Source of the DNA: Flavisolibacter sp.
GTDB lineage: Bacteria; Bacteroidota; Bacteroidia; Chitinophagales; Chitinophagaceae
Assembly (NCBI GenBank): GCA_965247165.1
Contig: OZ252003.1
Location: forward strand, 466,195 to 530,194
Length of the DNA stretch: 64,000 nt
Direction of reading: 5' to 3'
Both the position numbers and the translations under genes were made by a program. The notes under the pieces were generated by a model that did not search any database, was not told where the DNA came from, and worked only from the letters and a program-made list of their open reading frames with translations. This document shows positions 58,856 to 64,000 of the stretch, piece by piece (position 1 is the first letter of the stretch; each line of letters begins with the position of its first letter).

Positions 58856-61606
58856 ATGAGAAAGCTACTGTTAGCTTCGCTGCTTATCTTTTTTTGCCAG
58901 CTTACTTTTGCTCAATCTCCGCTTAAAGGAACTGTGAAAGACACGCTGGAAAAGAAGCCGCTACTAAATGCTGTGGTGACCTTGATACAGAAAAAAGATT
59001 CAGCCATCTACGGCTTCACCCGTACCGATAAAGAAGGCCACTTTCAATTCAGTGGCGTGCAGCCCGGAGCTTACACCTTATTGATTACTTACCCGAAGTT
59101 TGCCGACTATGCTGATGACATCACCATAAAAACCGAAGGCACGGATTTAGGCCTGGTGCCCCTTACGCAAAAATCGCAATTGCTGCAAACGGTTATAATA
59201 AAGAATACAGGCGCCATTCGTATCAAAGGCGATACGACCGAATTTGTGGCCGATAGTTTTAAAGTTCGCGAAGGCGCTACGGTGGAAGAGTTATTAAAAA
59301 AACTTCCGGGCTTTCAGGTAAACAGTAAGGGAGAAATTACAGCCCAAGGCCAGAAAGTACAAAAGGTATTGGTAGATGGCGAAGAGTTTTTTGGAGATGA
59401 TCCCACAATGGCTACAAAGAATATTGGCGCTAAAGCTGTAGATAAAATTCAGGTGTTTGATACCAAAACCGATCAGCAGCAACTAGCGGGAATGACGAAC
59501 GGCAATGATGGAAAGACAGTCAACATTAAATTAAAAGAAGACCAAAAGAAAGGCGGGTTTGGGAAGTACTCAGCCGCCACTGATTTTAATAAATACCACG
59601 AAGTAAACCTGTTGTATAACCGCTTTGTAGGCAAAAGAAAGTTATCTGTTTATGGTAATAAAACTAACCTTAGCACCGGCAGCTTAAATTGGGAAGATCA
59701 GCGAAAATTAGGAATAGAAGACGACTATGAGTTTGATGAAGTATCGGGTTATTACATGAGCTTTGGCAGTGATGACGGTTTTGAAAACTGGAACTTAAAA
59801 GGCCGTCCCGATGCTTACACCGCCGGCGGCTTATTCAGTAATAAATGGGCGGCTGATCAGCAAAGCGTTAACGGATCGTACCGCTACAACCGGCTGCTGA
59901 CAAACAACGTAGGCTCCACGCTTACCCAAAACATTCTGCCTGACACGCTGTTTTATAACAACCAATACACCACTTCAAAAAACTTAAATCAACAGCATGC
60001 CTTTAACGGTAAATGGGAATGGAAGCCTGATAGCCTTACAACGATAAAATTTACTACGGCCACCACCAGGCGCAATAGCTCTTATCAGACATCAACACAT
60101 AGCGAGGCGCTTTCGGAGGAACGGGCTTATGTAAACACCGGCGATAGAGAGACGAGTGGCACTACCAGCAAATGGCAAAGTGATAATTCGCTTCAATATA
60201 AACGGCTGTTTAAGAAGGTAGGGCGACAGTTAATTGGCCGCGTACGGTTTAATTACATAGAAGATAGTCAGCAGGGTTTATTAAATTATACCAACCAGTT
60301 TTATAAAAACAACCGGATTGATTCTACGGAAACGGCCGACCAGCAAAAACTGAACAGCGGCCACTCCAACACCATTGGCGGCAAGCTTACGTACAGCGAA
60401 CCGCTTAGCACCAAATGGGCCATGATAGCGGATTACAGCTATAACTTAAATAATGCTACCAGCAACCGTAACACGTTTGATAAAAGCAGCGCCGGTAAAT
60501 ACGAGTTGCTGAACCCACGGTACAGCAACAACTTTGATATGAAGGCTACTTCGCAAGCCGGATCATTAATTGCCCGCTATACCACTAAAAAAATTCGCTT
60601 TGCCATCGGCACCGGTATATCATCCGTACAATTAAATCTTTTAAATAAAGACAGCAACCGCCATACCATTTATCATTTTGTCAACCTTACGCCGCAGGCA
60701 AATTTTGGTTATACCATCAAGCAGAATAATAATATCAACATTCACTATAGCGGCAGTTCGGTGCAGCCATCTATCGAACAATTGCAACCGTTACGAAACA
60801 ATAACGATCCACTGAATATTTTCATCGGCAATCCGGATTTAAAAGTTGGTTTTCGACATAACATCAACGGCTCGTATAATTTTTATAAAGTGCTTAGCCA
60901 AATGGGTTTGTGGTCGTACTTTAATTACAGCACCACACAAAACGCAATTGCCTATAGCACAGTGATAGATGCGGGTGGCCGCAAAACCTCGCAGTCGGTG
61001 AATGTAAACGGCAATCGCAATCTTGATTTTTACGTAGACTTTCATAAAGGCGAAGGGCCGAAGAAGATCAATCCGCATGTTTCGTTAAACGGCAATGCAG
61101 GAACCAATGTAAACTTTGTGAATGGCGCAAGAAATGTCACTGATTTCTATCGTACCGAATTTACATTAGGGGGCCGCTACGAAGTAGAAGATAAATGGAA
61201 TATTGACCTTCAACCCAAGATTGGTTACAGCCATTCCATCTCTTCTTTGAACAAGGCTGCAACTACCTCCTTCTTATTTTTTGGTGGTGATGTAGATGGA
61301 TTTCTAAAACTTCCCGGCGGGCTGGAACTCAGCTCCGACGCCAATTTTGATTTGCGCCAACGTATCTCTGCTTTTGATGCCAACCCGAACATTACGTTGT
61401 GGAATGCTGAATTAAAAAAGAGCTTTTTGAAAAAGAAAACACTAAAAGTTTCGCTGCTGGCACACGATATTTTAAATACCTACAAAGGCTTTGAACGCAC
61501 AATCAGCAGCAACTTTATTATTGAACAACGGTACCAACGGGTTGGCCAATATTTTTTATTGAAGCTGGAATGGAGCTTTAACAAAATGGGCGGAGGAGAG
61601 CAATAG
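58856..61606 (+). CDS. Outer-membrane beta-barrel protein with carboxypeptidase-regulatory-like and plug-like domains
   Basis: Signal peptide from ATG 58856, TRTDKEGHF, VEELLKKLPG..VLVDGEEFFG plug-like region and terminal FLLKLEWSF. Confidence 0.85.
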   Translation: MRKLLLASLLIFFCQLTFAQSPLKGTVKDTLEKKPLLNAVVTLIQKKDSAIYGFTRTDKEGHFQFSGVQPGAYTLLITYPKFADYADDITIKTEGTDLGLVPLTQKSQLLQTVIIKNTGAIRIKGDTTEFVADSFKVREGATVEELLKKLPGFQVNSKGEITAQGQKVQKVLVDGEEFFGDDPTMATKNIGAKAVDKIQVFDTKTDQQQLAGMTNGNDGKTVNIKLKEDQKKGGFGKYSAATDFNKYHEVNLLYNRFVGKRKLSVYGNKTNLSTGSLNWEDQRKLGIEDDYEFDEVSGYYMSFGSDDGFENWNLKGRPDAYTAGGLFSNKWAADQQSVNGSYRYNRLLTNNVGSTLTQNILPDTLFYNNQYTTSKNLNQQHAFNGKWEWKPDSLTTIKFTTATTRRNSSYQTSTHSEALSEERAYVNTGDRETSGTTSKWQSDNSLQYKRLFKKVGRQLIGRVRFNYIEDSQQGLLNYTNQFYKNNRIDSTETADQQKLNSGHSNTIGGKLTYSEPLSTKWAMIADYSYNLNNATSNRNTFDKSSAGKYELLNPRYSNNFDMKATSQAGSLIARYTTKKIRFAIGTGISSVQLNLLNKDSNRHTIYHFVNLTPQANFGYTIKQNNNINIHYSGSSVQPSIEQLQPLRNNNDPLNIFIGNPDLKVGFRHNINGSYNFYKVLSQMGLWSYFNYSTTQNAIAYSTVIDAGGRKTSQSVNVNGNRNLDFYVDFHKGEGPKKINPHVSLNGNAGTNVNFVNGARNVTDFYRTEFTLGGRYEVEDKWNIDLQPKIGYSHSISSLNKAATTSFLFFGGDVDGFLKLPGGLELSSDANFDLRQRISAFDANPNITLWNAELKKSFLKKKTLKVSLLAHDILNTYKGFERTISSNFIIEQRYQRVGQYFLLKLEWSFNKMGGGEQ

Positions 61607-61641
61607 GCAATGAGCAATTAGAAATAAACAACCGGCAATTA
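61600..61641 (+). repeat. 7-bp tandem array
   Basis: GCAATAG GCAATGA GCAATTA GAAATAA ACAACCG GCAATTA. Confidence 0.65.
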
Positions 61642-61652
61642 AAACAAAGAAA

Positions 61653-62399
61653 ATGCAAGTAGCAAAAAACAATATAACGGTCATTGTACTTCTTTTAGCA
61701 ACGCAATTTTTGAATGCTCAGGAAACCTTTCACAACGCTGTACGGGTAGAATTTGAGAAAGTGATTTATGTGCGACAGCAGTACAAGGAATTATATCCGG
61801 AATGGTATGACGAGTTTAAAGACAACATACCAGAAAAGGTGGTAAACTATTACGAGTTCATTGGCGATACAACAAAGTCATTGTTCCGCGAAACCAAGGA
61901 AGCAGAGATCAATCCGCGGATGTGGTACCAGCAATTAGCGGATAAGAATGTAGTGTACAACAACTATAGCACGCAAAAAACCATTACACAAAAACCGGTG
62001 TATGAAGAAACCTTTTTAATAGAAGACAGCCTTACAAAAATCAAATGGAAACTGACAGGCGATATACGAACCATAGCCGGTTATGATTGCCGCAAGGCTA
62101 TTGGTTTTATTGATGACACGGTAGCCGTGTTTGCTTTTTATGCCGATGAAATTTTAGTGAACGGCGGACCGGAAGGCATTCATGGCTTGCCCGGAATGAT
62201 ACTAGGCGTGGGCGTTCCAAGGCTACATGCTACCTGGTTTGCCACAAAAGTGGAGGTGAATGCTGTTCCGCTGAATGCGATTATTCCGGCAACAAAAGGA
62301 AAGAAAGTAACAAGACAAGGGATGATCAGTGCCTTGGATAATGTGCTAAAAAATTGGGGCAAACATGGAAGAACGATGATGATGAATTTCGCGATTTAG
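61653..62399 (+). CDS. GLPGLI family protein
   Basis: Signal peptide, WKLTGDIRTIAGYDCRKA and GGPEGIHGLPGMI. Confidence 0.9.
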   Translation: MQVAKNNITVIVLLLATQFLNAQETFHNAVRVEFEKVIYVRQQYKELYPEWYDEFKDNIPEKVVNYYEFIGDTTKSLFRETKEAEINPRMWYQQLADKNVVYNNYSTQKTITQKPVYEETFLIEDSLTKIKWKLTGDIRTIAGYDCRKAIGFIDDTVAVFAFYADEILVNGGPEGIHGLPGMILGVGVPRLHATWFATKVEVNAVPLNAIIPATKGKKVTRQGMISALDNVLKNWGKHGRTMMMNFAI

Positions 62400-62412
62400 T
62401 ACCAGAAGTGAT

Positions 62413-62855
62413 TAGTTAATTAGTTATTGAGTTACTAAAGCAGCATTTTACTTTGACGCTTCTTTCTGTTTTTGTAAATATTGCAGATAACCGTTTAAAA
62501 CTTTGATCGCATAGTCTATTTTATACCTTCCGTCGTTGTATTCATCTATTGAAATATATTTCTCCTCAAACATCGTGATGGCATCATCTATAATTTCAAA
62601 TAAAGAGCCACGCGAAATTCGACAGAACTAATATTTTCCTGGTAATGAAACCTTCCAAAATCTTCTGCGATATTTCTTGTTGTACTTCTTGCTGCTCTAA
62701 AACGTTATCCTTTAAATCGAATTCAGTCCTTGGAAATTTCATTGTCATTTCCCTAACCCATTTAACCACTATTCTGCAAGCTTTCCAACATTCAAGTTGT
62801 TCAAAAGAAGTACATGACCCCATAATAACTTATTAACTCAATAACGTAATAACTC
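62413..62855. mobile_element. Putative mini-element: four-helix-bundle gene bracketed by inverted 8-bp arrays
   Basis: Left arm TAGTTAAT TAGTTATT GAGTTACT (62413-62436). Right arm AATAACTT ATTAACTC AATAACGT AATAACTC (62824-62855). Perfect 12-bp IR GTTATTGAGTTA/TAACTCAATAAC. Confidence 0.5.
62448..62823 (-). pseudogene. Four-helix-bundle (23S rRNA IVS-protein family) gene with two single-base deletions
   Basis: Three frames give ..FEQLECWK..DLKDNV / RAARSTTRNIAEDFGRFHYQENI / FCRISRGSLFE..LNGYLQYL. The span is 376 nt, and adding 2 nt gives 126 codons. Confidence 0.85.
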
Positions 62856-62857
62856 TC

Positions 62858-64000
62858 CTATCGTCCCAATTCTAAAATCCAAATCGTTTTACCCGGCACT
62901 TTCCATTCGGGTACGGTTACATCAGCCGTCCAGCCGGCGACAATATTTTTTGCTTTGGTAAAGCCGGCGGTTCTTTCCATAAAGCGGGAAGGCTTGATGA
63001 TTTTTTCGTCATTGCTGGTATTCATCACTACCATCACTGTTTGTTTGTTATCATAACGGAAGTAGGTGTAAACCCAATCTTCCGGCACATACTGCATTAG
63101 CTTACCGGTTTTTATAGCCGATGATGACTTGCGAAAATTAGCAATAGTTCTTGTCCAGTTGAAGACATCATTTTCGGCATCGGTTCTTCCCTGCGCTGTA
63201 AACTTATTTTGCACATCGTCTTTCCATCCACCAGTAAAATCGCCACGCACCAGGCCATCAGGATTAGATACGCCTTTTAATAAAATCTCGGTGCCATAAT
63301 ACAGTTCAGGAATGCCACGGGTGGTTAGCAACCAGCCAATTCCCATCTTTAATTTATCCTTATCCTCTCCTACTTGCGAAAAGAAACGACTCATATCATG
63401 GTTATCTAAAAACACTACTTCGTTCTCCGGGTGCTGATAAACGAAATCGTTGGCTAAGGTTTGATATAGTTTGTTCACGCCTTCCGTCCAGCCGAAGGGT
63501 TGAGTTAACGCCGGCGCAATGCCATACAGGTTGGTTTGAAAATCGGTAGTGCCGGTTAGGTTGCTTTTAAAGTTGATGGCCGTAAAATTGTTCTTTGTAA
63601 AGTAAGCCTGGTTTAACACGCCATGCACCCAGGTCTCGCCAAACATCGTGATCTTCGGATATTCATCAATAAGGGCTTTATTACAACGATTCATAAAATC
63701 AAGATCGTTGTAGATGTAGGTATCAATGCGCCAGGCATCCACGCCAAATTCTTCCACGCTCCAGATAGCATTTTGAATCAAAAAATTAGCTACATACGGA
63801 TTGCCCTGATTAAGGTCAGGCATCTGTTTTGTGAACCATCCATCAGTCATCACCTTAGCATCTGATTTTGCGGCATGAACATCCATCAAAGGCCCGTCTT
63901 TATACGTGGTGTTGGTGTACGCAGGCCATTGATGCACCCAATCCTTCATGGGCATATCCTGTATAAAAAAATTGTATAAGCCGCAATGGTTGTACACGGC
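62858..64000 (-). CDS. GH13 cyclomaltodextrinase/neopullulanase (SusA-like), 5' end beyond the window
   Basis: AVYNH at the edge, MPDLNQ, AWRIDT, GETW, FLDNHD and GIPELYYG. Confidence 0.9.
   Translation of the reverse strand, partial: AVYNHCGLYNFFIQDMPMKDWVHQWPAYTNTTYKDGPLMDVHAAKSDAKVMTDGWFTKQMPDLNQGNPYVANFLIQNAIWSVEEFGVDAWRIDTYIYNDLDFMNRCNKALIDEYPKITMFGETWVHGVLNQAYFTKNNFTAINFKSNLTGTTDFQTNLYGIAPALTQPFGWTEGVNKLYQTLANDFVYQHPENEVVFLDNHDMSRFFSQVGEDKDKLKMGIGWLLTTRGIPELYYGTEILLKGVSNPDGLVRGDFTGGWKDDVQNKFTAQGRTDAENDVFNWTRTIANFRKSSSAIKTGKLMQYVPEDWVYTYFRYDNKQTVMVVMNTSNDEKIIKPSRFMERTAGFTKAKNIVAGWTADVTVPEWKVPGKTIWILELGR

Noticed and set aside
62448-62823. 23S rRNA fragment or DGR cassette
   Set aside because: The flanks are protein-coding genes, with no rRNA sequence, reverse transcriptase or template/variable repeat pair
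1-64000. tRNA, rRNA, riboswitches, IS elements
   Set aside because: No cloverleaf/T-arm, rRNA or transposase signatures were seen by eye. A covariance-model scan (Infernal, tRNAscan-SE) would be needed to exclude small ncRNAs.

Overview
This 64 kb window is chromosomal DNA from a Bacteroidota bacterium. The gene content, T9SS cargo and TAnnTTTG promoter elements fit the Chitinophagaceae (inference). Housekeeping genes include porQ, lon, parA/parB, dapB, trpF, an SDR-type threonine dehydrogenase, kdsA, tex, lolA, ftsK, aroK, malQ, dnaK, glgB and a GH13 gene cut by the window edge. Accessory content includes a lipid-linked surface-glycan tailoring cluster (LtaS/EptA-like, GT-C, GT2 and DUF2304), three T9SS cargo proteins and two two-component systems. 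Two tandem signal-peptide-bearing fibre proteins carry C-terminal S74 autocleaving chaperones, with no phage genes nearby. Other accessory loci are a 55-aa ORF plus DUF6169 module inserted before parA, an AT-rich Crp/GT1 islet, an orphan ATP-grasp plus LysE pair, and a beta-barrel plus GLPGLI pair. In non-coding DNA, a doubly frameshifted four-helix-bundle gene is bracketed by inverted 8-bp arrays, and several gene-less 7-9-bp arrays of similar design sit in other spacers. A sigma54-like promoter with an identically spaced upstream box precedes both lon and dnaK, and there are two covarying GTAG-REP-like hairpins. I found no rRNA, tRNA, CRISPR array, integrase or transposase. Family assignments come from motif recognition, not database searches. 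Several ORF-track starts were moved to more plausible codons.
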